NCBI GenBank assembly: GCA_965153455.1
Contig: OZ234493.1
Location: 11,088,213-11,152,212, forward strand
Direction of reading: 5' to 3'
Length of the DNA: 64,000 nt
Source of the DNA: Sphagnum compactum
Lineage: Eukaryota
Made by a program: the position numbers and the translations under genes. Shown here in pieces: positions 49,181 to 61,979 of this stretch (position 1 is the stretch's first letter; every line of letters begins with the position of its first letter). A model generated the notes under the pieces. That model was not told the DNA's origin and searched no databases. It was given only the letters and a program-made list of their open reading frames with translations.

Positions 49181-50324
49181 TGTGTGTGTGTGTGTGCAGC
49201 ACATCCATTGTTGTACGGGCCCAGATGGTTCGGCCTTCTGTTTCTCCCTGTGCTCACTTTTCTCATCTCGTACCTGCTGTACCTGGTGAGCTTGCAGGAC
49301 AGCAGATTGCAGACTGCAGGGTAAGCTATTCTACCATCTCGGCTGGGATTCTTTCTCTCATCAAGTCTGCAGTCATCTGAAGTGTGAGAAAACCAGTTGC
49401 TAGATGCTCAAATATAAGTAAGAGGCGCCACAGAAAAATCTGGGGATCGGAATATTGTCCTCAGAATCAAAGGGAGGATATGTTTATAACCATGCTCGAA
49501 GCTAGCAAGACTTTGATCACACCAAATGGAACGAAAGTTGCAGCTGAGAATATTTGCCTTGTGTTGCAGGGAATTGTCGAAGCGGTCCGCCGATCATCTC
49601 ATCCTGTTTCCAGCTTTCTTTCTCTGCACTGTCCAGAACATCATCATCCTTCCAGTAGCCAAGAGTGAGACACATGACTTCGATGCTAATCTCTTCGTGC
49701 TCATGGTTGCTCTCTGGCTCATTTGGTTCGGCCATATCGTTCAGGTACGTCTGGAACTCATTGGATGATTACGAGAAGACTCGATGAGCTGCGTTGATGA
49801 CAGCTCCTCGTGCAGGCTATGTAATATGTGCAGGTATCTGCCGGAAGAAGCTGCGCCTGTTGTCGTGGTTCTGACCGGTCATGTGTGCTTGTGGTGTGCA
49901 GTTTCTGGAGCCAAACAGTGTGTTTGGTTTCATCACACCATGGACATCAGACGACAGCAACTTCACTTACACCCAACAAATCGGAGGTACATAAGTTTGC
50001 AATCCTCTTCTCATGAATCCAGCTTGAGCTTGAATCCAGCAGCTTAAGCAGGATCTAGCGAGCTCTGCAGTGTACTCTATTGATCTTACCTTTGGGAATT
50101 TCCAAAATTCAAGTGTTGTTGTTGTTCTTCTTCATGACTGCAGCAAGATCGTTGTAGTATCGGCAGTGATTTTGTTGATTGCTGGCTGGTGGGTGCCTGT
50201 CGGCTGGCCTCTGTTGGTTGTTCTTTTGGTATTGTTGCTCGGCCCCTTCGTGGTCATTTGGGGACTCTCTTATGGTTATACCACAAGCTCATCAGGAGCT
50301 GATCAGCCTCTCTTGAATAACTAA
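48858..50324 (+). CDS. Multi-pass membrane protein, DUF1648/SdpI-like, copy B; last exon frameshifted unless an alternative acceptor is used
   Basis: Exons 48858-48969, 49200-49320, 49570-49744 and 49902-49986 have the same lengths as in copy A. The last exon starts either at 50144 (1-bp deletion, stop at 50155-50157, 168 aa) or at 50158 (in frame, 219 aa). Confidence 0.7.
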
Positions 50325-51029
50325 GGTCGAGGGGTCGAGACGGACATGCTGCGAAGCTGCACGAAATCTGCTGCAAAACGGATCCATCATGCCATGAAAA
50401 GCTTCAGTTGATGATTCTCTGTTTCTGACTTTGAGATCAGATTTCATGTGACATTTAGTGTTGAAGATCTTTGCCTGGGTGATTTTGCTTTATGAATACT
50501 TTGCTCCATAAGATGATTCACTCTTTCTTTTTTCCTTTGCTTGTAGAATAATAGCAGACGTACATCTGCTTGTTATCCTTTCCTTGTAGAAAAAAATCAG
50601 CCGTTCTTCTGCTTGCTATCCTTTCCTTCTAATGCGAATCTTTTGGATTTCAATGCTATTCGTCCCCGCCACGACAACTCGAAGAAAATGTCGTGAAAAC
50701 GTTTGGAGTGTCTGCTTGTTGTGAAAATATTTGAAATAATTTGTTGGCTCTGGTCATAGGGAAGAGACTATGCATTGTTGTAAACCCTGTATTTATACGG
50801 ATGAAAATCCATCCACAATAAGTACAATGCATGTCCAAGCAAATGTAAACACAAGTGTAAATCATTTACACTTGCACGTCCAAATTTTTTACACTTACAC
50901 TTATCCTGTTGCAATGAATATATATATATTTTTTACACTTACACAAGGCTAGTGTAAATATTTGTCAAATACACTTACACAGCCTCGTATAAATGGTTTG
51001 GGGCATGTAAGTGTAAATACTAAAATTAT

Positions 51030-51375
51030 TTGTAAACTCACCCTGTCTTTGGGCCTCCTTTCACCCCAAACCCTTCTTTCAGGGGTATCCATGAAGTAAG
51101 GAAATTTAATTAAATTTGGGAATGAAATGCTGAAAATCAGCATTTAATGCACAAGGTTCAAGACTAATTATAGTAGCTTTACAAGTAGGAGCAATGAAAA
51201 TATATGCAGCAACAGTGAAGGCGCTAAAGAAAAGGGAAAGACAGGGTGAGTTCATCACAAAAACTGAGGTCCCCCCACCTTTGAATGCTGATGTTTGTTT
51301 TTTTTTTGAATCTCACCCTATTTATGATCAAACTCGGGGTTCTAATGTTGTTTTCCTTACTTTATAGATAATTTT
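51030..51375 (-). repeat. Dispersed repeat of about 400 bp, copy 3 of 3 (inverted)
   Basis: The reverse complement reads gtaaggaaaacaac...gagtttgatcataaatagggtgagattcaaaaaa...caccctgtctttc...gaaccttgtgcatt...ggggtgaaaggaggcccaaagacagggtgag, matching 17355-17745. Confidence 0.8.
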
Positions 51376-52391
51376 ATTATATATCTTTAATGACCAGACT
51401 TTCTTGCAAAGTCATATGAATTGATTGTGGGTGGATATTTTGATAGTTTCTCTTTTGCAATGGGCCATTTTGTTGGCATATGTTCAAAAACATTATGAAA
51501 TCTCCCCTCCCAAGTAAAAATCACATTTTTTTCATTGTTACATATTTACATTATTTTACATAGCCATGTAAAATCATATAAATATATATATTTTTTATAG
51601 TTACATTTTTAATTGGACTGCGTAAAATTTATATAAATATATTTATTTTTACACTTACACGTTTCGTAGTTTACATTTACACTTGCACAGAGTGCAAACA
51701 AATTTCATTATGGGATTTATGCTTACACAGATTGTAAGTCCCAAACCATTTACACACACAAAACTTGTCTGAACATCTGGATCATAAATGGATAGCTTTG
51801 ATGACAATTTTACATTCTTTCAATATTCCTATATGACTGTGAAATTGTGAACAATGGAGCAATTTCTTGAAACAACTTTTTTGGACAAAGCAAGCATCAA
51901 ATTTCATTTGACCATGTATTACATAATTTGCATCTCAAAAAATATCTTGGTCCGCATCTAATTTCACAGCTATGATCCTAAAACTACCTTACAACTAAGT
52001 TGGCAGCAGTTATTATTGTGCCCACTTTTTCTTTTCTTGCCATCATTGTAATGACCTTGTGACTAGGCATTCTCTTCTACAACATGAGCCACCATACTGG
52101 CCTACCTCTGTCAATCAACCCTGGACCTTGGGGTTCCACCCTTGGTTCACAAGATGTAACTGTGTTGCTGCAAAAACATTACACTACACTAACTCTTAAC
52201 CCTGTTCCACCTTCAATTCAGAGACCTCAATTAACCCATTTCTTCTTTTGACCACTTAGACACATAATACATTCTTGTTAAATTGACCAAGTTCATGAAG
52301 AGTTTTGCAATGTGTATAGATTTGCTACAGTCGGGCGGTTGTTAGAAACAGGGACATGCCCCTGGCAACTCTATATTAGACTGGCATATAC

Positions 52392-55300
52392 CAGTGTTGG
52401 GCGGTTCTCATTTTTTGGTGAGGACTGCCGATTCTGGAAACAACCTTTAAGGTTCTCAAAAAACAGAAGAAGAAAGATTCAGATAACCTTTAAGGGTTTC
52501 AGACCTTTGGGAAGAAGAGATCCAGCAGTTTTCCATAATCATGAAAATTACAACCCCCAGTTTTTAGGAACGGTTTTCACAAGCCAATTTTCACCCAAAA
52601 AAATTGAAAGAAAATCAGAATAAGAACTTTAAATGTTTTAATTCAAAGTGAAATTTTAATAAAAATAATAAAAGTCAAAATTACTTGCAAAACATGAGAA
52701 AAATGCAAAAAATATTTTATTTTAATTTTTAATTTCATCTCACTCAAATTCACCCAAAAATCTTTCTAACTCTCCTTTTAATTGTTCATCTATTTCAATA
52801 AACTCTATTAAATCACTGGGAGATTCACAACCAACTCTTGCATCATTAGGCCAACTTTTGTTGTCAAAAATAAATTTCTCTAAGTTTTCTTATTAAAAAT
52901 GACATCTTCTAAGGTTGGTGAATATGGTAGCTAAAGAAAAAATCCTTTTTGTCTTTATTTTTGATCCAACGATTCTTAATATTTGTTGAACAAGAAAACC
53001 AATAGTGGGGAACATGAATTCATGCTTCTACCACCATTGGAGAAGGCACTTGATCTCCAAAGGATCCACATGAAATCTCCTAAAAATCAATAGCTCTATG
53101 TTGACTGGTTCACTTGTGCTAGCAATCATCTCAAAAATATCCAAGCTACAATCTTCATCAACTTTGTGATTAAAACAATTTATCATAAGATGTAAATGAT
53201 GATAGCCCTTCAAAAGCATAGGCTGCAAAAACATTTTGTCATATTTTTCAGTCATGGAAATGTTTTGCTCACGACCAACAAATGAAGATAATAAACAAAG
53301 ACTTTTAAATCATGGAGCTAACAACAAAAACATATTATGGGTTTTCTCTTTCTTCATATCATTTTAGAAATGAAATGAAATAATCAAGCACACCACCAAC
53401 TTCCTTCTTAATGTTAGAAGCAAGCAAAGACAATTCAAGAATAACTACATAATCATCATCCATAAATTAGTCTAGGGTTTGTGCAATTTCAACTTCGAAC
53501 CCACTATGATGGCACTGTTTAAGGCATCACTACACAACCAATGACATTTGGACTAGTTCAGAACACAAGTAGTAACAATTATTAACAAGCAATCAACAAT
53601 TGTTTGATAAATGACATTGTGCCAAGTGTTGATAGGGGGAACTCGGCCAAAAACACAAATAATAGTTTGTGAACTATAATATAATACAATGGCCTATTGA
53701 AATAATAAATCCTTATAGAATAAAATTACTTTGCTTGCAAACCTACACAATATTTTACAAACTATTAGTATTCTAAAAAAAAATAGATTGCAAACTTGCA
53801 AATTAGCAAATTAATTATGAAATATAAATTAAACAAATATAACTAAAAAAGTATCTTGTTTTTACAGGAATGTTTAGCTTTTTGGGACAATATTCCAAAA
53901 TCGATGCAAACCTTATTCCATTCCTATCTACCCTTTCCAAAAACATTTGGCCAAGTTATGGACTTTTGTAAATCAAAATGGACTAGCTTAATGGAAGCAC
54001 ATCTTAAGTTTTTGCAAAAAAAATAAAATTGTTGTCCCATATTGGCATGCTTTATAAAATAGATGGCCAAAGCAACTACCTTGGAAACTCTCCTCTATAC
54101 CAAGAACTTCACAATCCACCATAGATTTTAGAATTACTGTCATGGCATTCAAATGTGCACCTTCATCCTTCACATATGTAATAATTTTTTTCCTTAAATC
54201 ATATTCATCCAACAATTCAGTTAAGTTTCTTGCCAAAACCTAACTTGTGGTTTCACTTCACTTGCCTCAAACAATCCTACTATAGTGGGCATATTCATAG
54301 TCATAGTACTAAAAAGGACAATTTAACGAAAAAAGATTTCAAAGGACTATTTTAGGTTTTATTACATATATTATTTCATGATTATAATGGTTTAATGTAT
54401 GAATATACTAGAAGATGTCGTGTTAATTTAATAAAAATTTATAAGAATAAATTGGATACAATATAGATGTCCTTTTGAATCCTTTTAAATAATTTGAGTC
54501 CTTGTTTTAACTATAATTTTCATCTTAAAGGAATCAAAAGGAATGTATTAAACAATTCGACTTTAATTTTCTTTCATGGATAAGAAAATTTTCATACCTC
54601 TATGTTTGGCAATGTTCATATGATGCATTTGATTAAATATATGATACAAGAATTTTGAAAGCTATAGAATCCATCCAAAAGGGCTTTAAGGAAAATGATT
54701 CTTTTTTTTTGCCATTTGGTTGTTTTTTGTATTCAATAAGCTTAAAGTTTGTGGCCCCAAGTGTTAACAACATGCAGGAAAACATGTAAAGTTATTTATA
54801 AAAGCTTATGTATCCATTTTTTACATTTCTGGTTTTTTACCAAAAATATGTATGCATAATTACATATGTATGTGAATAGCTATCACACCATGCAAATTAT
54901 CATAATTTGAATTATCCAATATTTTTCACTCAAATTTATTCCATGTAAATTCTATGTTTGGAAGATATCAAAAACAAAATCCTTCAGTCATGTGTCCAAA
55001 AAGGGGCACCATAAACGTGAATATATGCCCTAATAAGTTGAAGCTATCAATCTTCATTCAAAAAAAAATCGCCAAGGCAAAAACAGCATGTGTTCCCTTT
55101 CACATCCACAAGTTAAAACTAGTTGTTGCAAAATAACAATGTCTCAATTAAAGCAAGACATACTCTTGTTTCATCTTCCTCACTAAATTAAGAAAAACTT
55201 GTTGTGAAAACATTTCTTGATGGAAACACAACTCTTGGACATAAATACATTACAAGACACTTCAACCAAATGCTTTCAACAAGTTGAATGGGGAGATGGT

Positions 55301-57327
55301 TTTTTCCACCCAAAAGGGCAAGGTCTTGCAAAAATTGTTTTTGTTGCATAACATCCTTTTTGTAAGGATCTTTTGCACCAAAAAATTCTAATATTTCAAA
55401 ACTAAAACACATTAGGTCATTTTTTTGCAAATTGTCTTTCCGATACAACTTTTAATGGAGAGTTTTATTCATCCTCAAAAAAAAATTGCTAGCACAGCAT
55501 GATTTACATCTACATGTTTTTAAAAAGTTGTTATACCATTTTTTAATAATATGTTGTAATTCCTCTCCTTTCTTTTGTTTTGGGATTAAAAGGGACAAGA
55601 TTAACATAACAAATCATATAATGCATGACCTAAGGTTTTCTTCCATCAACAATGTTATTTTCATTTACAATATAATATGACCAACACAATGCATTCCTAT
55701 TATGAACTTTTCATTTTTCTCTTTGGCCATGTAGTTTTTGAAAAGTCAATTTCATTTTCATTTCTTCATTTTCAATTGCATTGGAATATGTTTGCAAGTT
55801 TATATTTTTTTGCATAATTTCTGTCAAAGGTTCCTTTTCCATAGAAATTTTATTGGGAAAAATATCGCAAAATTCATTTTCAATTATTGTTTCATTCTCA
55901 TTTGTCTTTGAAAATTCCATTTTGCAACAATCTTCACAAGTGGCGTGACTATAATGGAAAGACAAAACAAAAGATTTTGTGAATTATAAATGGGTTAAGT
56001 GTTTTAGGGTATTTTAATTTTATTTTCTGACCTAAAAATCACTTAAACATTTACAAACATCCAAAATCATTTACACTAAAGCATTTACAAGCAATTACAA
56101 GAGAGTTCACTTTTAATCCTAGCCAAAAAAACCCATAAAAGAATTAAAACTTGTTTTTCCAAAGCTTCATCCAAAAATCCTTGCAAAAAAACAATAAATT
56201 TGTTTTTAGAATTAGAAAAAAAGAAAAGAAACAAAAAAGAAAAAAAGGTAAATAACCAAAAAAATGAGTATAGAAATTAAAACCCATAGAAATGTTTTGA
56301 AAAAAAAAAAAAAACAGAAAAAAAAGGGAAGATAAATTTATTACCTCCACCAACATGGAGCTTGTTATTTCCAACTTCCTCCAAACTTGCAACCTCAAAG
56401 CTCTAGCACCCTAAGCCCCTTGTGCCAAGCTCCAAAACCTAGAAAAAAAGGTGGTAATACCTATCTAAGCATGGTGACACACAAGGAACAATGAAACATA
56501 GGAACAACAAAACATAAGGGTGTAGCAAAGTAACAAGGAGCAAAAAGGTACTTAGTACTTAGCTTCACATGAAACAAGTTAGAAAATGCAACAAAGCACG
56601 TAAGAGTAGCAAAACATGCAAGAATAATGAAACACAAGAGTAACAAAACACAAAAGCAATGAAGCACAAAAAGCGCAAAACATAGGAGTAGTTAAGCTAT
56701 AAAACATAAATAAAAATAAAATGGGGCCAAGTTGTAACTTGGCCCTATTTTGTAGATTAACAAAAAAAAAAATTTGTGAAGCTCCCACTCTTTTCAACTT
56801 ATTGTTGAAAAGGCATCATGCACCACCGAAAGCTTAAACCTAAAATAAATTTAATTAAACCCTAAAACCTAAACCTAATTACACACAGTAAAAATTAGTG
56901 CATAGGCTACTTTAATACCTTGAAAGGTTATCAAGAAGGGTGTTTGAGATACCCTTTGAAGTTCTTAAAAAGTCGATTTTCATTTGGGTGAAAATCAACA
57001 AGTAGGTTTTCAAAAAGGTTATCACCTAAAGTGATAACCACCAATTTTCATTTTGAAAACCATACTAAAAACCTTAAAGGTTCTCATCAAAAAAATGTTC
57101 AAAGGCAAATTGGTGCCCATGCCATTTTAATACCTTGAAAGGTTATCAAGAGGGGTGTTTTAAATACCCTTTGAAATTTTCCAAACGCCAATTCTCACTT
57201 GGGTGAGAATCAATGAATAGGTTCTCAAAGAGGTTATCACCTTAAAATAACCATCAATGTTCATTTTGAGAACTTGATTGAAAACCTTAAAAGTTCTCAC
57301 TACAAAAATGATAACTGTCGAACACTA
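52392..57327 (-). mobile_element. Full-length but decayed hAT DNA transposon, about 4.94 kb
   Basis: TIRs cagtgttgggcggttctcattttt and aaaaatgataactgtcgaacacta (19 of 24 complementary). 8-bp flanks gcatatac and atacatac. Minus-strand transposase fragments at 55188-55448, 53988-54236 (YVKDEGAHL) and about 52900-53255 (CLLQWW*KHEFMFPT...RIFSLA, hATC dimerisation-like). Confidence 0.85.
56911..57310. repeat. Two-copy tandem repeat (period about 215 bp) in the hAT subterminal region
   Basis: tttaataccttgaaaggttatcaaga...aaaaccttaaa.gttctca occurs at 56911 and again at about 57126. Confidence 0.8.
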
Positions 57328-57789
57328 ATACATACCAATGTTGAAAGGACATTTGGTTTCTAGTGTTGAATCCAAAGGTTCAACATTCGATTCTTGTGAC
57401 TCAAGAACAAAAATAACACCCTTTTGTCAGAACCATCACAAGAATTGAAACCATGAAACTAGCCTTTTGTTAATTTGGAAGCAAAATTGAAACCATGAAA
57501 AAGTATTTTGGAACATAAGGTTAATTTCTTTAAGTAGACAAATGATTTTTTTGAAAAGTTTACAAGTGGACTAAACTTTATACTTGAATATGAATTTTAA
57601 ATAGTTGTTCAACGCCATACCTATATAGTCATTGGTTTTAATTTGTTATAAAACTTTGAACATAAAGCATTTTGGAAAAAGACCCATTGCATTTGAATTG
57701 CATTAAAAGGAATCTTGTCCATTCTAACCCATGCATTTGTGACTTGTGTCCAAATTAACCATTTTTGTGATTATAGATGCGACTATCCT

Positions 57790-60700
57790 CCATGGCACCT
57801 AGTAAAAACAACTTGTAGTTGCATAAACAACTACAAAGTGGTTTGCAGTTTCATATGCAATTTAGACTTGTGACCAAATTTGTTGATTTTGATGAAAATG
57901 AAAATGAAAAGTACATTTATATCATCCATTTTTAATGGCATTCCAAAATAGATGAAAATGTAGTTATTCTTGTGACTTGGAAAATGGTTCATATGCTATT
58001 GGACACCACATGGCATCTTTTTAACTATAAATATTTGCGCCTATAAATCTTAGTTGCAAATGTACAGGTAATTGAATGTGAAAAAAATATGAATAGCCTA
58101 GGGAAATTGTTGGATTTTTACTAGTCTAATTTTTTTCCCTTAATTTTCTTCAATGAACTAACCATTAAATGTGTGGTAGGGATTGGTGGGTTTGCAAAAA
58201 ATTTAGAGCAACCATGGAAATTCATGGTAGAAATGTACCATTTTGAAATTCCTAACATTATAAGGTTCTTCATAATTTGTAGATAGGTGTGAAAAATATA
58301 CATTTGTCTTCCATTTCTTAGGGCATCCATTGATGGATGAAAACATAATTATTTTTGCAATTAGTCATGTAGAAAAATGGTTAGTTAGTAGCAAGTAGTA
58401 AATAAGGTTAGGTAATAGGTAGTAGGTATTAGGTATTAGGTATTATGTAAGTATGCTGATTAGTAATATGTATTTTATTGTATTGAATGAAATAATGTAT
58501 GTTTACTTAATTAATTAGGTTGGTTAATTAATCAATTAGTAAATTGTAAGTTGTAAGGTAATAAATAATAAACAATATGTATGTGGGTTAAATAGTAGGT
58601 ATTTTATCATGTTGATATGTGATAATGTTTTTTTATTGATTATTTAATTAATTAGGTAGGTTATGCAATTAATATATTAAAAAGGAAATAATTAAAATAC
58701 GTAGTAAATAGTATGTATGTGCCTAAATAATAAGTTGTAGGGGTAATTAATATGTGATAAAAAAATTTAATCAATTAATTATTTGATTAGGTAGGCAATG
58801 CAATTTATTTATTGAATAGGCTAGGTAGTAGGAGTAATTTGTGATATATTTATAAACATTATGTAGTTCACAAGATCCTTGTAATCCACCTTTGTTTTAT
58901 TCATTGTGGACCTATAAAACTCACATGTCATCTTCTATAAATTTACCTGATCAGGATCAACATCATCTTCAATTACAAGGATTACTTCAAGCTTCTTCTT
59001 TGTAATAGCAATAGTTGATTGCATTAAATCTAATACTAGTTTCACTTGGCCAAGTTTAGCCATCAAGTCTTCCTTATGGTTTTTCAACTTGACCATTTCA
59101 ACCCTTTTGGATAAAAGTTCCATCCCCAAAATACCCATTAATTCTACTGTTTTTGTTTTTCTCTTTTCCAACCAAGGGTCAATCTCCCCCATTGTCACAA
59201 CAGGGGGGTGCCTCAAATACCTCTCGTTTGCTCTTTTTTTCTTCCTTCATTAAACCCACAATGCCACTTTTACCTTCACTTCTGATGCAATCTTACCCAA
59301 TACTGCAACCTTTTTCTCAACACACTTATCCATCCAAGATGACCACTTTGATTGTTGATTTGCATTGGTTTCATGAGCAAGTCCAGCCCAACTCACCTTT
59401 AGCAAACTCCTTGCCAATTAATTTGCTTTTGGGGACCATATATATGACAAGATAAATCTTCCAACATTTTGGCATCATCCACCATTTTGGTATCATAATT
59501 CTTCACCATTTGACCTTTTACACCATTTGTACGATACTACCAATGGGGTGGTCAAATGGGGCACCAACAAGTGGGATGCCATTACCCTGCGCCTAGGGAG
59601 ATTAACAATTCCTATTACATGTGCAAGAAGGAGAAATAGCAAAATTAGAAAAGAATGTTCTACAAACAAAACTACCATAGAAATTGAATGTTGACATTTT
59701 TACAACAAAGTTACCATTTGTAAAGCCCTTGTAATTAGGAGTACCAAGTAGTTTATCAAGCAACCTAGAGCACCAAGGGAATCACCTCCACTAACAAATT
59801 TGAATGGTCCCCTTGGAATATCAGTTTACTAGTGGTGATATGGAATTACCATTTGAACTCATTACAAGGTAGGAGGTACCGGCTCCTAGGGTAATATAAT
59901 TAGCAAATTACCACCATCATTTGTGGTACCACAAGGACAAGAGGACAAAAATGCAAATGAGGTAATGGGTCTTACTAGAGTAGAAAATATGATTACCCTA
60001 GAAATGGATGGATTATCATTTGAAGTCAAGAGGGGAAGGCACAAGAGAAACATTAACCCTTGGCAATTTAAGAGGAGTATCCTATGGAGTAAGAGAAGAT
60101 CACCTTTCATAAGACAATACGTCGAAATAAAAACAAAGTGACACAAAGAAAGTTTTCAATTACAAATTTTACATCTACAACTTTGAAGGAAAAAAATTAG
60201 TGTTGAAAGAAACACCTATTTGGGAAACTACTTATGAAAAACAAAAAGCAATTACCTCCACAATGCTACCTAAATGAAAAATTACCATTGTGACACCTAA
60301 CCCTACAATACCCCATGTAGAAGAAATTACTACTAGAGCAATATCTACCCCCATAATACCAATTATAGGAAAAATGACAATCATAGCACTATCAGTAGAA
60401 AAAACTACCACCATAATGGTACCTAGTGTTATAGTACCACATGCAAGAAAAACTGGCATAATAACACAACCTACAAAAATAACTACAACTATAATAATAT
60501 GTACTGCTATCCTACCACATGTAGAAAAAATAACAATCACCATAGCACCATACGATCATGTTACCTTATTTGGATTTGTTGGACTTGGATTAGAAGGACA
60601 TAATTTAGATTATAAAAAGAATATCATTTCAAGGTTATCAGTCATTGGCAATAGCTAGATAAATCGTATTTCCACTGGTACTATCAAACACCCCCCCATT

Positions 60701-61000
60701 GGGAGCTATTTGCACCCACCTCCCAAAAACTCAATAATATCATCACTTTCTTACTTGTACTCAAAATCAAACAAGGCATCACAAACATGTTGGCCCTGTC
60801 AATAGATAAGATGTTGTACATCTTCCTACTGTGTCCACACTCTGAGCAACAAAACAATCTGTTCCAATCTAAACAGTCTAAGCACTTTCACCAAAGAAAC
60901 CAGTTCACCTAATGTGAAACTGGTTTTAATAAGTTACAACTTCCAAGAGTTGGATCCAATGCGATAGTCCCTGTGAGGGCAGGGCCCAACAAAGTTTCAC
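57790..61000. mobile_element. Probable decayed DNA-transposon (CACTA-like) sequence
   Basis: It begins with agttgc/caacta/gtgact subterminal-type motifs like those at 430-683. An AT-rich aggtag-rich tract follows, then broken low-complexity ORFs (58935-60658). No diagnostic domain was recognised. Confidence 0.35.
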
Positions 61001-61979
61001 CACTGTTTTTTTCATTTCTTCATGGATTGCATGAATACAATGGAATTCATTAAAAGATCAAGCAAAATGAACAAATTACAAAAGGAATTAAAACCATAAG
61101 CATGAAGTAAAAAATATAAGGGTGTTCACTAGCAAACAACCCTTTAGTTGAAGCACCATCCAAAGCATTGTGTTCCCAAGCGTCACACGGGTACCACATC
61201 ATTGCTAGATCAACTCCATGTCATCTACTGAAGTGACACCTAGTTGACAAAGGGATCATAATGAGAATCCAAGTCATCTTTCCTTAATATATGTCCCAAA
61301 ATGCTCCAAACATGTGTACCTATGTACCCCATAATCTACACCCACACACTCACAAATCCACATTCAAAATCGTTGAACTCCATTGATAATAATGCTTAAG
61401 GATTGTGGGCATTTCATGAATTTGGGACCCAAGCATTATTCCATTACCCCTTTTCATTCACACCATTTTTAACAAGCACTTGGTTTTTTAACCTTTCTTT
61501 ACACTTTGACCTTTTATTGAGGCTCCTCTCACTTGATCCACCTTCTTTTAAACAAATAGTCTTTCACTTCAAATCATTTGCCATCCCTCTCTTTTGGTTA
61601 GGACAAATTCTAAGAACTTGTTGCTTTAAGTTTCACCCATTTGTTCCCTAGTTGCACTCTTAATTTTTTTCATCATATGCACAAATTGAGAGAATAGAAA
61701 CCTAGTGGTTTTCCTTATTCCCCATTGACATTCATAAAATTATGCATCATAGTAAAAAATAGTCATTGTATTTATTGTCATGTAATTGAAAGAAAAAAAT
61801 TAATGCTTTTGAAGCTTCTTAATGTTGAATATCGAAACATTATCTCACAAGACCTTTTACATCAAAGATGTTTTGGCATGCATTCTAAGTTTGGAAATTC
61901 AAAATACTTTAGTCATTTCTTAAAAGTTATTTCATACATTTTGACATGAGATGTCCTTTCTCATATTTGATGATAAATG

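Larger units (their letters stand above)
39350..57700 (+). repeat. Old tandem segmental duplication: copy A about 39350-44900, copy B about 48670-57700
   Basis: Colinear similarity covers the 5' flank, all five exons and introns, the 3'UTR and downstream blocks (A 41760-42100 with B 51768-52115; A 42405-42540 with B 52118-52250; A 44160-44270 with B 52272-52390; A 44690-44900 with B 57480-57700). Each copy carries different insertions. Confidence 0.85.

Noticed and set aside
60232-60658. Membrane or mucin-like protein from overlapping Ile/Thr/Val-rich ORFs
   Set aside because: The composition comes from a degenerate short-period repeat inside TE-like DNA, with no splice structure or domain.
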